Shown here piece by piece: positions 24,913-34,209 of a stretch of 57,081 nt of DNA. The position numbers and the translations under genes were made by a program. Under the pieces are notes generated by a model, which was not told the DNA's origin, ran no database searches, and was given only the letters and a program-made list of their open reading frames with translations. Origin of the DNA: a virus. Taxonomy: Duplodnaviria > Caudoviricetes. The stretch lies in IMG/VR virus record IMGVR_UViG_3300027038_000001, positions 1 to 57,081 of that record; one strand, given 5' to 3'. Every line of letters begins with the position of its first letter. Positions within the stretch are counted from its first letter, which is position 1.

Positions 24913-27019
24913 CGGACTCAAGGTCCGTGGTAATATAATCTCGACGGACTCTGAAACCACCGGCATGTTGCCGTGGGGTGAGAGCCGTCGGGTGAAGTAT
25001 GACTTCGGAGACAAGAAGAAGCCGCAGATCGAATATCGACGTATCGCTCCGGCGGCGGCGTTCGTGTGGACCTTCTGTGATCAGGAAGGTAACACGGACT
25101 ACCTGCGAGCGAAAGTCGATCCGATCACCCGAGAAGTGAAGTGGGATCCGAAGCAGCTTCGACTTGTTCACGATTTCTGGGCGAACGACAAGATCACGAA
25201 GATCGGACACAACCCCAGATTCGATGTGATGATGGCCGAGGCCTCTGGCGCGAAGATCCGAGGCACAGTCATTGACACCCAGATCGTGGCCCACGTAGCG
25301 ACGAGCGGCCAAGAGTTGACGTATGCGTTGAAACAGTTGTGCAAGAAATGGTTCAACTATTCAGACGGGGACGAACGCGCGTTGTTGAACGAGGTCAATA
25401 AACTTCGACACCGCGCCAAGAAAGATCGTTGGTCGATTGCGACCAAGGAATTTGCCGGAACGAAGCCCCAGAAGGCCGACATGTGGTTGGCGTCTGACAA
25501 ACTTCTGAAAGATTACGGAGTGGGCGACGCCATTCGAGCGATGCTCGTTTACATGGCGTGGTGGGAAGAGATTCAACGAGACAAGCGCACGAAGGAAGTC
25601 TGCGACCGAGAACACCGACTCTTCTGGGTCTTGAAAGATATGGAGACGACTGGCGTCCGTATCTATCGACCACGTGTGCGGAGTCTCATCAAGTTCTACG
25701 ACGACTATCGTGCAAAGCAACGCACCATAGCCGAGCAGCACGGCGGCAAGGGTTTGAATTTCAAGTCCACACCGCAGATGTCGAAGGTGTTCTACGAAGA
25801 TCGACGTCATGTGCCGGTCTACACGCAAACGTTCAATGAGAAGCTCGGACGTTTCAACTATTCATTGAACGGCGAGACACTGTTGAAGATGGGGCAGGGG
25901 TATGTCATCCAACCGAACGATTGGTTTGAGATGGCTCGGAAAGACGACCAGCTTCCGATTGGCGCGAAGTGGGTTCGCAACAAGAAGACGGGTGCGCGCT
26001 ATATTAAGGTCCCGCCCGACCCATTGGCGAAAGCCGTACTGGAACACAATGCGGCACAGCAAACAAACAATTCATTCCTTCACGTCTACCGGAAATACTG
26101 GACGAAGGAGAGTCCCGGAGTCTGGGTGTTGCATCCCAGCTTCAAACAGACCGGTGCGATCACCGGACGACTGTCGTGCTCTGACCCGAACCTGCAACAG
26201 GTAGCGTCAGAGACCACCGGACGTCGCAAGGCAGATATTCAGTCGCGGCCGCGAGAAGCGTTCGGGCCGCGTCCCGGCCACATATGGTATCTACCAGACT
26301 ACTCGCAGATTGAGGTGTGGCTGTTCGCCTACCTCTCTGGCGAGAAGGCGATGCAAGAAGCGTTGATGTCGGGAAGAGACTTCCACGGCAGCATTGCGAA
26401 GCAGGTGTTCGGAGAGCGCGATGACTTCGACGATCTTGCGGACTACTACCGCAAGTGTGCGAAGCTGATCATGTTCTGTAAGCTGTATGGGGGCGGCGTC
26501 CCCAAGGTAGCGAAGTTACTGAAGTCCGATCTCGATACGGCCGCAGAATTCGTTGCGAAATACGAATTGGAACTCCCTGGCGTGAAGCGATTCATGTCGG
26601 AGTTGATCAAGGAAGCCACCGACAAGGGAGTCATCTGGAGTCCTTTCGGTCGTCGGTATACGTTCGACAAGAGCTACGCCTATCGTGCGGTCAACTATCT
26701 TATCCAAGGCACCGCGGCTGATGTGATGAAGAATGGGTTGATCAACGTGTGGCAGATGTTGAAGGATACTCCGGAGTGGAAGGGTGTCAAGCTGTTGGTC
26801 ACCGTGCACGACGAAGTGATCCTCGAGGTTCCGAAACATCTGCACTGTATCGATCTGATGAAAGACGTGATCCGTGCGATGCAGATGGACAGCAAGCGGT
26901 TGGGTCTCCCGGTTCGCTTGCCAGTAGAGATGAAGATTGCAAAGACTCGGTGGTCGCGTCCCACCAAGATTAAACTACCCCCAGAGATTGTTGGCGGTCC
27001 CGTTCGAAAGGCAGCGTGA
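24893..27019 (+). CDS. polA: Family A DNA polymerase with 3'-5' exonuclease
   Basis: DSETTG, HNPRFD, YGVGD exonuclease motifs; TGRLSCSDPNLQQ; DYSQIE; R...K...F...YG; NYLIQGTAAD; VHDE. Confidence 0.95.
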   Translation: MLVRVASGLKVRGNIISTDSETTGMLPWGESRRVKYDFGDKKKPQIEYRRIAPAAAFVWTFCDQEGNTDYLRAKVDPITREVKWDPKQLRLVHDFWANDKITKIGHNPRFDVMMAEASGAKIRGTVIDTQIVAHVATSGQELTYALKQLCKKWFNYSDGDERALLNEVNKLRHRAKKDRWSIATKEFAGTKPQKADMWLASDKLLKDYGVGDAIRAMLVYMAWWEEIQRDKRTKEVCDREHRLFWVLKDMETTGVRIYRPRVRSLIKFYDDYRAKQRTIAEQHGGKGLNFKSTPQMSKVFYEDRRHVPVYTQTFNEKLGRFNYSLNGETLLKMGQGYVIQPNDWFEMARKDDQLPIGAKWVRNKKTGARYIKVPPDPLAKAVLEHNAAQQTNNSFLHVYRKYWTKESPGVWVLHPSFKQTGAITGRLSCSDPNLQQVASETTGRRKADIQSRPREAFGPRPGHIWYLPDYSQIEVWLFAYLSGEKAMQEALMSGRDFHGSIAKQVFGERDDFDDLADYYRKCAKLIMFCKLYGGGVPKVAKLLKSDLDTAAEFVAKYELELPGVKRFMSELIKEATDKGVIWSPFGRRYTFDKSYAYRAVNYLIQGTAADVMKNGLINVWQMLKDTPEWKGVKLLVTVHDEVILEVPKHLHCIDLMKDVIRAMQMDSKRLGLPVRLPVEMKIAKTRWSRPTKIKLPPEIVGGPVRKAA

Positions 27020-27020
27020 G

Positions 27021-29237
27021 ATGGCGGACAAACGGTTCCTCAAGGTTTTCGAAGCTCACGGTGTTGAGTTTACAGGAGAGCGGGGCAATCAGATCTTCGG
27101 ATTTGATCCCTTTTCTGGGAAGGAGAACAAGTTCTATGTGAACACCGACAACGGTCTGTGGGATAGCAAGTCCACCGGTCTGTCGGGCAACGTGTCGAAG
27201 TTTCTTGAGCTCCGCGCGAAGGAGTATCAGAAGGACATCCGAGGTAAGATTCTTCGAAAGCTCGCGGCCAACCGCCAGTTGCCGAACGACGCGTTCAAAG
27301 GATATGAACTCGGATGGGACGGCGAAGCCTTTACCTTCCCGGTGCGGGACTTCGACGGCCACGTACAGGATATCCGCAAGTTCAACCTTCGAACAAAGTT
27401 CATGATGTCGACCTCGGGCTGTCATGTGCAGCTGTTTGGGGCACATCGGCTGAAACAACAACCCAATGATCCAGTCTATCTGTGTGAAGGCGAATGGGAT
27501 ACGATCGCGCTCCGGTGGTTATTGAAGCTGCTCAACGAACCCGGTGTGGTGGTCGGAGTGCCAGGAGCCAATACCTTCAAGTCCGAGTGGGTGCAATGGT
27601 TCGCTGGTCGTAACGTGCATACGTTGTACGACAATGACACGGCGGGTTCGCTTGGCGAGAAGCAGATTCTTGAAAAACTGAAGACATCCGTTCGCCGGCT
27701 CACATTTGTTCACTGGCCCGACGAAGTGCCGCAAGGATTTGATACGCGGGACTGGGTGATCTACGGAGCCATTCAACGAGAGACCGCACCCGAGTGTTGG
27801 GAAAAGTTGAAGCGTCGGTTCCACGAAACACCGAAGTCAATGGAACAGGTGAAGACGGAAGCGAAAGTCAGTCATGGAAAGATCACCATCCGTCGTCGCA
27901 AAGAAACCACCGCGAAGGTGTGGAAGACGGCGCCCACGTTGGATCAGGTGCATGCGGTCTTCAACAAGTGGTTCTTCCTTCGCAACACGGATGCGATCGA
28001 CGTCATGCTTGCTACCGTATTGTCGCAACAGATCGACGGATCTCCGGTATGGATGTTTTTGGTTGGCCCACCGGGTTCGGCAAAGACGGCCATTATCTCT
28101 TCTCTGGAAGAGGTAGATCAGACGCACGCGACCAGTACGCTCACCGCCCCATCGTTGATCAGCGGAGCGAACTTTGCCGGGGTCGGTGATCCGTCGTTGA
28201 TTCCGAAGCTCCAAGGCAAGGTACTCGTGGTGAAAGACTTTACCAGCATCTTGTCATTGCCAGACCGAGAACAGAAAGAGATCTTCGGCATCTTGCGCGA
28301 TGCGTATGACGGACGGTGTTCGAAGTCGTTCGGCAACGGTGTCGTGCGCAAGTACGAATCACGGTTCACCGTATTGGCCGCGTCCACACCACGGATCTAC
28401 GATCTGGCGGAACAGCACCAGTCGTTAGGCGAACGGTTCTTGAAGTTCATGGTGGGCGACAATCTCCACCACATGTCGGAGAACGACATCATCCGTCGTG
28501 CGATCGAGAACTCAGACCGAGAGACCACGATGCGTCACGAACTCCAAGGTGTCGTCAAAGCCTACTTGGAGAAGACGTGTGCCGGACGGACGGTACCTTC
28601 ACTTCCAGATCAGTGGTTATCAAAGATTGTCTCGCTCGCCAAGTTCGGTGCCCGTCTTCGCGGTAGTGTGTCTCGTGATACGTACAACAACGAGATCATG
28701 CGGTCGAGACCGACGGCCGAAGTCGGTACTCGTCTGGGCCAGCAATTGGCGAAGCTGTCGCGTGGCATCGCAATGGTCTACGGACGGAGCGAGGTGACTG
28801 AGGTAGAATACCATCTGATCAAGAAGGTCATGCTGGATACGATCTCTCAGCGCAATGAGGATGTGTTGAGAACGATGATTCATGCGATGGGCGGCGCCAA
28901 GGTGCTCGCGCCAATCTCGATGCGAGAACTCGCCGTGAAAACGCACTACCCCTTCGCCACGATCCAACGATTGATGCAGGATCTGATCGCGTTGCAGATC
29001 GTCAAACGCGTAGGGGCCGGAGTCGCGTCTACCTGGACGCTATCGGAGTACGTTCGTAAAGAAGTTGAGGAAGCCGAACTCTATACGGACGAGGATATGA
29101 CGACGCATCCCGTTGGTCGCATTCGGCTGCTGCGAAAGGTGAAGAAGAAACGTGCCACCAAATCGGATGCGCCCGTTGCAACGGACGGCGCGGCCCCCGG
29201 CAAAACCCCCGGCGCGGCCCCGCCGGTCCGCCCTTAA
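27021..29237 (+). CDS. TOPRIM primase fused to MCM-like AAA+ helicase
   Basis: YLCEGEWD, GVPGA, YDND.AG, DTRDW (TOPRIM); VGPPGSAKT, VKDF, RFTVLAASTP, GERF (AAA+); C-terminal wHTH-like region. Confidence 0.85.
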   Translation: MADKRFLKVFEAHGVEFTGERGNQIFGFDPFSGKENKFYVNTDNGLWDSKSTGLSGNVSKFLELRAKEYQKDIRGKILRKLAANRQLPNDAFKGYELGWDGEAFTFPVRDFDGHVQDIRKFNLRTKFMMSTSGCHVQLFGAHRLKQQPNDPVYLCEGEWDTIALRWLLKLLNEPGVVVGVPGANTFKSEWVQWFAGRNVHTLYDNDTAGSLGEKQILEKLKTSVRRLTFVHWPDEVPQGFDTRDWVIYGAIQRETAPECWEKLKRRFHETPKSMEQVKTEAKVSHGKITIRRRKETTAKVWKTAPTLDQVHAVFNKWFFLRNTDAIDVMLATVLSQQIDGSPVWMFLVGPPGSAKTAIISSLEEVDQTHATSTLTAPSLISGANFAGVGDPSLIPKLQGKVLVVKDFTSILSLPDREQKEIFGILRDAYDGRCSKSFGNGVVRKYESRFTVLAASTPRIYDLAEQHQSLGERFLKFMVGDNLHHMSENDIIRRAIENSDRETTMRHELQGVVKAYLEKTCAGRTVPSLPDQWLSKIVSLAKFGARLRGSVSRDTYNNEIMRSRPTAEVGTRLGQQLAKLSRGIAMVYGRSEVTEVEYHLIKKVMLDTISQRNEDVLRTMIHAMGGAKVLAPISMRELAVKTHYPFATIQRLMQDLIALQIVKRVGAGVASTWTLSEYVRKEVEEAELYTDEDMTTHPVGRIRLLRKVKKKRATKSDAPVATDGAAPGKTPGAAPPVRP

Positions 29238-29303
29238 GGCCTTTAACGGGCAAGAACGCACCGTTTAAAACCCTTCCCCGGTAAGAACCCCCGGCGCGGC
29301 CCC
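29186..29303. repeat. GC-rich direct repeats at the convergence of the two arms
   Basis: AACCCCCGGCGCGGCCCC at 29204-29221 and 29286-29303; partial copy at 29186-29197. Confidence 0.75.
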
Positions 29304-29438
29304 TCCCCGCGGAACCGCGCCGGTCCTCAACTACAGCCCCTCCACACGCTCCACGCACCAACCTGGTTGCGGCCGAGGTTTCCGCCCCGGCCAACAGCCG
29401 CCCCGCGTCGTGCCTCAGGAAAATCCGTAGCTCAGGAT

Positions 29439-29813
29439 TCATTGCACCACTGTCACGAATCGTTGTACGCCAGTTCGTGCAGTCCTGCCGCACTCATCCG
29501 TCGTCCACATGATCATTTCAAATCGTCCAGTCTTCTCCGGGATGAATGCGAAACGTCCCGCATTACGTCCATCCGTGTTCACGCCGAAGTCAACCCAGAA
29601 CCCTGGCACCCCATCGCCGATGAGATCAATCTCAAACGATCGAATACGTTGTCCTGAGGTCAGACGAACCGTCACCTCAAGACCCGGCCACGCAGACCGA
29701 CTGACTGTCGTCGGCCAACCCAATACGACTACGGCCGGATTCGGACCTGCCCCGGCACCGCAGGGTTCACTGGTGTCGAGGCCAAGCTGAAAGAATTGGA
29801 TGGCGCTGACCAT
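29439..29813 (-). CDS. Hypothetical beta-rich protein
   Basis: C-terminal part of the 29439..30017 ORF looks like an Ig-like fold; start uncertain. Confidence 0.45.
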   Translation of the reverse strand: MVSAIQFFQLGLDTSEPCGAGAGPNPAVVVLGWPTTVSRSAWPGLEVTVRLTSGQRIRSFEIDLIGDGVPGFWVDFGVNTDGRNAGRFAFIPEKTGRFEMIMWTTDECGRTARTGVQRFVTVVQ

Positions 29814-30208
29814 GGGGAGATCGGCACCGAGGCATTCGGCTGTCCACGCGATCGTAGGGCCACGACCATGCGCGTCTGGGACGGTATGAGTCCGGGCAGT
29901 CCGCCGGTCAATTCGTAGCATCCGGGAAAGCCAGCGACCGGAGCGAATGCCGTCTTCGGCAAGGTGCTCGGTCCCTGAGCCGGCGGAACGGCATTGACAT
30001 CCTGACCCGCATTCCATGCACCGTACTGGTAGTCGACATTGACCGCGGTGCCATCGGGCAGGGTGGCCGTGAGATCGCTGAGCTCAGCAAACAACCGCGC
30101 CGGTGCCGTGGTGACGATCGCATTCGTCGACGGAGTGGTGCAGGGATTCTGGGCGAACGCGGACACGGCGGATAGAACGAATACGACTGTGAGTAGTATG
30201 CTCTTCAT
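29729..30208 (-). CDS. Secreted protein with signal peptide
   Basis: MKSILLTVVFVLSAVSAFA-Q signal; GAGG RBS; FN3-like end (SPWSAPSN). Confidence 0.7.
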   Translation of the reverse strand: MKSILLTVVFVLSAVSAFAQNPCTTPSTNAIVTTAPARLFAELSDLTATLPDGTAVNVDYQYGAWNAGQDVNAVPPAQGPSTLPKTAFAPVAGFPGCYELTGGLPGLIPSQTRMVVALRSRGQPNASVPISPWSAPSNSFSLASTPVNPAVPGQVRIRP

Positions 30209-30356
30209 CGGTAGCCTCTTTCGGAAATGTTTTACGGGAGAAACGTCATTCCGGCCCCGCACCCTCGTCACCACCACAGAACGAGGATACGGGACCGGTT
30301 TGACCACCATGCAGTAGGGCGGCTAGTTGGGCGAGTCCCTCACATGGAAGCTTGCA

Positions 30357-30569
30357 CTACGATTGCGGATGCTGTGCCAACCACGCCGCGTCCTTGGCCA
30401 GCGACGACTCGCAAGCCGAGTTGAACGATGCGATGACTTCCTCGCTCGTAGGCACAGGCGCATCCGGGTTGTTCTTCGCGAACTGGCCGCGAATCCAACC
30501 GATGAGCGCCGGGAGTTCGGCGATCGCGACGTTGATGAGTCGCGGATCAACGCTGATGTTGCCGCTCAA
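30357..30569 (-). CDS. Small hypothetical protein in lysis region
   Basis: TTG start overlapping the upstream stop, with GGAGG RBS. Confidence 0.6.
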   Translation of the reverse strand: MSGNISVDPRLINVAIAELPALIGWIRGQFAKNNPDAPVPTSEEVIASFNSACESSLAKDAAWLAQHPQS

Positions 30570-30958
30570 CGTGTCACCTCCTGGATGACGGTTCGAATCA
30601 GAACGGTGTAGGGCTCCAGAACGGCCCTCTGGGCGGGTGGCACACTATCGAGGAGTGCCGTCAGTCCGGTCAGTGCGGCGGATTGCCATCCGGCCGTCGA
30701 CGATTGAATCGTCTTCACGGTTGCCTGGTGGTAGAGGACAACCTTGCGTGTGATGTCTTCCGACAGCAGCGGCGGGTTCTGTGCGTTCGCCGAGACGGCG
30801 GTGTCTCGGAGAATGTCAAGCGCTTTGACCGCCTGAGTTCCCTTGAACGCAACCGTGGCCTGTGGTGTCAGGTTGGGCGGTGCTTTCGCACACGACGCCG
30901 CCGACAGAGTCGACAGCAGTACGACGAGGACAACAGCGATGTAGGATTTCGTCCTCAT
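30566..30958 (-). CDS. Lipoprotein, spanin candidate
   Basis: MRTK plus hydrophobic stretch plus AASC lipobox; downstream of the holin candidate. Confidence 0.7.
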   Translation of the reverse strand: MRTKSYIAVVLVVLLSTLSAASCAKAPPNLTPQATVAFKGTQAVKALDILRDTAVSANAQNPPLLSEDITRKVVLYHQATVKTIQSSTAGWQSAALTGLTALLDSVPPAQRAVLEPYTVLIRTVIQEVTR

Positions 30959-31164
30959 GAAATCGCTCCAATGCCGGCAGCAGTCAACAGACCACTCACG
31001 GCTCCCTGGAACCAACGCCATCCGGCGGTGGGCCAGTCGTAAGAATAGGCTTCGTTGAAGTTCTTCCAGGATCGGAAGGCTCCAAAGTCCACCACAGCCG
31101 CCGCCAACAATCCCGTTAGGGCTCCGGCGACGAACTTGTTTGCGAGTACCTCACTCAGATTCAT
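30955..31164 (-). CDS. Putative holin
   Basis: 69 aa with two hydrophobic helices, in the lysis cluster; AGGAG RBS. Confidence 0.55.
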   Translation of the reverse strand: MNLSEVLANKFVAGALTGLLAAAVVDFGAFRSWKNFNEAYSYDWPTAGWRWFQGAVSGLLTAAGIGAIS

Positions 31165-31178
31165 TACACTCTCCTTTT

Positions 31179-32819
31179 CTACGTTGTCCGCTTGCCTAAC
31201 AAAAACCGACCACGTCGGAAGTCGAACTGCACCATCTGCCCTTTGTTGAACGAGATGGGCGATCGGTCCATCGTGCCTGGGTCCCAGATCTCGCCTTCGA
31301 ATCCGTTGATGGCTTCGATCGAGAGTGGGCCCGGCGCGTCTTGGTAGATGGCAACGCCGTATTGATTGTTCGGGCCGCGTGCGTGGTCACATCGGAAGTT
31401 CCCGGGCACCGGTGGCGCACGGAGGATCTGATCCTTGGAGAAGTTTCGATCCGGACCTCCGTGGAACAGCTGCCAGGATTGAATGTCCTGCGGGAGTGCC
31501 GCGGCGATCATCGGGCCGATCGACAGTTGCTCGTCGTACTGCTCGAAGGATTCGCCTTCCATGTAGACACCCGGGGACGACATCATCACCGGGATTTGGT
31601 GGCTGAGCAACGCGACGAGCGTATACATGCCCATCACTTCGCGTTCCATCCACTCTGCAGGATTGTTCGTCGCCGAAACCTTGGGGCCGCAACCCGGCAT
31701 CTCGCTGTCGATCGTGTAGGGACGCGTCTTGCCGTCCCAGTAACCGACCGTGTAGGATCGTTCGGTCGCATGACGATACGCCATTCGGCTTCCGTGCTTG
31801 TCGGTGATCGAGACGGGAGCCGCGTCGAACTGATTCAACGTCCCTTCGTCAATCGCCGACGTCATTGAACGAATGGCCACCGGACACTTCTTCAAAAACG
31901 CGTCCAGCATGGCGCCCATCAACACCGGGTCTTCACATTTGGTGAAGTTCCACGCTTCGTTGCCAGCGTCAACACCGAGCACGACGGTCTCCGCGCCGCC
32001 GCGAGCCTGAAGCCGGCGACCCAGATCGGCCATGTAGTCGAACAGCTGCTGCTGGGACCATTTGCCGCTCGAGAAGAACCACAGCAGGTCGCCTTGCGAA
32101 ACCAACCAACGAAGGTTGCGCGCGAGGAGTTCGTCGACGAAACGATCGATGACTTCCCAGTGTCGTGGGTCAAGGATCGAGAACGTTCCCGGTCGCGGGA
32201 AAATTCCCCACCATTCGGGTGCCGGCAGATTCGTCCACGTGCGAACGAATTGGAAGTTACGCGACTGGGCGTAGTCCAATGCCTGCGTCACCCGACCGAG
32301 TCCCTTGTTGTAGCCTTCCGACAAGAGGCTCCCGGCGTGAAGACCGACAACGAGTCGTCGACCGTTGGCGTCCTTGATACCAGACCGACCTTGGTCCAAC
32401 ATCTCGATGCGACCAACAATCGGCGAACCAATCGGCCGAGGAGTGACAACACAATCGCCGATAACGAACTCACCGGTTGAACTCGCCCAAATCGGCTGTC
32501 CGGCCTTCGGTCCTTTCGGATCTTCGTAGACAACGAAGTTGCCGTCGTCTTGAAGTTGAACCATGGCTCCGGGATGGCCGTGCGTTCGAGTCGACGCGAT
32601 CGGACCACCCTTGTCGTAGATGACAAGGTTGCCGTTGCGATCCATCTCGAGTTTCTGAGCGCTGTAACCGTCGGTGTGCGACGCCCAGAATGGTGGTCCA
32701 TCAAGGTAGACAACGAGGTTGCCGTCTCCCTGATAGTGGAGTCGCGCATGTTCCCCAACAGACACGAGCGTCTGCTCTGGGAGTAGCGTTTGTCCACTGA
32801 GCAACTTACCGTCTGACAT
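31179..32819 (-). CDS. Bulb-type (B) lectin domain fused to TIM-barrel glycoside hydrolase
   Basis: Three QxDxNxVxY-like repeats (QGDGNLVVY, DRNGNLVIY, QDDGNFVVY); FVRTW, GNE and DSE motifs typical of clan GH-A. Confidence 0.75.
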   Translation of the reverse strand: MSDGKLLSGQTLLPEQTLVSVGEHARLHYQGDGNLVVYLDGPPFWASHTDGYSAQKLEMDRNGNLVIYDKGGPIASTRTHGHPGAMVQLQDDGNFVVYEDPKGPKAGQPIWASSTGEFVIGDCVVTPRPIGSPIVGRIEMLDQGRSGIKDANGRRLVVGLHAGSLLSEGYNKGLGRVTQALDYAQSRNFQFVRTWTNLPAPEWWGIFPRPGTFSILDPRHWEVIDRFVDELLARNLRWLVSQGDLLWFFSSGKWSQQQLFDYMADLGRRLQARGGAETVVLGVDAGNEAWNFTKCEDPVLMGAMLDAFLKKCPVAIRSMTSAIDEGTLNQFDAAPVSITDKHGSRMAYRHATERSYTVGYWDGKTRPYTIDSEMPGCGPKVSATNNPAEWMEREVMGMYTLVALLSHQIPVMMSSPGVYMEGESFEQYDEQLSIGPMIAAALPQDIQSWQLFHGGPDRNFSKDQILRAPPVPGNFRCDHARGPNNQYGVAIYQDAPGPLSIEAINGFEGEIWDPGTMDRSPISFNKGQMVQFDFRRGRFLLGKRTT

Positions 32820-32830
32820 GGTGGTCCTTT

Positions 32831-33334
32831 CTATTGAACTTCTTTAACGACCAGCGCCGCGAGAATGTCTTCGATTGGGAACCCTGTGCTGGTAATCATA
32901 TTGCTCTGGTTCCCACCGCAGACGATCACACGGTCAGGCATGACAAAGTTCTCGAGTAGCGCGACGTGACCGGGAGCTTTCTTGACTTCCCAACCCAACT
33001 GACCGGCCCCTTCACCTCGTTTGAAAATGAGAACGACGTTGCCGGGTTTGAGTTGTCCGTTGTCAAGCATAGCGTGGATAGTATTCGGATCGGTGATCAA
33101 CGTTCCGAGTGACACGTCGATCCACGACCGAGCCGCCGCTGATTGCGACCGCGACATATTCAAGAGCGCGGCGCAGAGGTTGAGAATCGAGGAACACCAT
33201 GCGACTTCGTCGGGTGTACCTTCGGGCATCTTGCAGAGTTCGTGCGCCCAGAGGATCGCAGGGTGATTGCGACCAGCCGCACGTTCACGAACCTGTAATT
33301 TCGCGAGTCGTTTCATCATCTGAAGAAGGTTCAT
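32831..33334 (-). CDS. Endolysin, CHAP/NlpC-P60 (TIGR02594-like)
   Basis: DEVAWCS, SAAARSW, GHV, GGNQS. Confidence 0.85.
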   Translation of the reverse strand: MNLLQMMKRLAKLQVRERAAGRNHPAILWAHELCKMPEGTPDEVAWCSSILNLCAALLNMSRSQSAAARSWIDVSLGTLITDPNTIHAMLDNGQLKPGNVVLIFKRGEGAGQLGWEVKKAPGHVALLENFVMPDRVIVCGGNQSNMITSTGFPIEDILAALVVKEVQ

Positions 33335-33335
33335 A

Positions 33336-33812
33336 TTAGCTCCCCGTAAGAATCTTAACTACCGCCAATACAAGAGCTAATAGACTCCCACCAGTTGCGA
33401 ATTTGAGAAAGAACAACGCACCGTCGACTTGGTTCTTCCAGTCACGTAGTTCTTTAAGGATTTCTTCAATCATCACGACACGATCCCGAATCTCATTTAC
33501 CTGCACTTGTAACGCTCGAGTGGCAGGAGAATTATCCACGTCACTCGCCATCGTTTGAATCTCCTTCGACATCTGCTCCAACTTATTCAACTGAGCCATG
33601 TGCGCCGCTTCAATGATCTTAAAGCGTGCGTCGAAAAGCTCTTTCAGATGAGACTGTTCAAGTTTCACCACGTTGATCGTTGTCTCAAGAGCCGTAACCT
33701 GCTTCTGGAGAATTTGATTCTCGTATTCCAGACGGTCAAGTTTTTGATTCAACATCCGGTCCCTATCGTCGTTGATACTTGATCCGGTCTGGTGATGCCG
33801 TTGTTCGTCCAT
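33336..33812 (-). CDS. Coiled-coil protein with C-terminal TM helix (lysis-associated)
   Basis: Long heptad pattern and terminal hydrophobic helix; precedes the endolysin. Confidence 0.65.
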   Translation of the reverse strand: MDEQRHHQTGSSINDDRDRMLNQKLDRLEYENQILQKQVTALETTINVVKLEQSHLKELFDARFKIIEAAHMAQLNKLEQMSKEIQTMASDVDNSPATRALQVQVNEIRDRVVMIEEILKELRDWKNQVDGALFFLKFATGGSLLALVLAVVKILTGS

Positions 33813-33830
33813 TTGTTCCTCTTTCAAGGA

Positions 33831-34196
33831 TTAGGGTACTTTGGCAACGTTGCTGACTTGAATTTGGATTTCATGCGACCCCCGTCGTGTAGAATTCCAA
33901 ATCCATTCGATAAGCATTCGATGATTTTCAGCAAGTTTGTTATCAACAATGGCCATATCAGCTGGAGTCAATTCCAAACTTAACACACCATTCCCATCGA
34001 CGTTACCGATACAACTCACGTGATCTCTGGAATTGATAACAAGTAACGTCCTCTCAGAATAGAGGGTGTAGACGATACTCACCAATGACGAACCAGGTAT
34101 TGCAACATCCAGATTATCGCGGATCGTACAGGTCAAGAAAACACTATCACGTTCTCTGTAGGGTCCAACAATGGTATCGGGTTCACGTAGTGCCAT
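33831..34196 (-). CDS. Virion protein, BppU-N/Ig-like
   Basis: E.DS..L..TIRD...G.L...LTPAD pattern. Confidence 0.55.
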   Translation of the reverse strand: MALREPDTIVGPYRERDSVFLTCTIRDNLDVAIPGSSLVSIVYTLYSERTLLVINSRDHVSCIGNVDGNGVLSLELTPADMAIVDNKLAENHRMLIEWIWNSTRRGSHEIQIQVSNVAKVP

Positions 34197-34209
34197 AAAC
34201 GATCAGTCC

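Noticed and set aside
16920-27019. Z-genome (PurZ) or 7-deazaguanine pathway
   Set aside because: No adenylosuccinate-synthetase-like, FolE/QueD/QueC or DpdA genes are recognisable; the radical SAM has a SPASM domain, unlike QueE.
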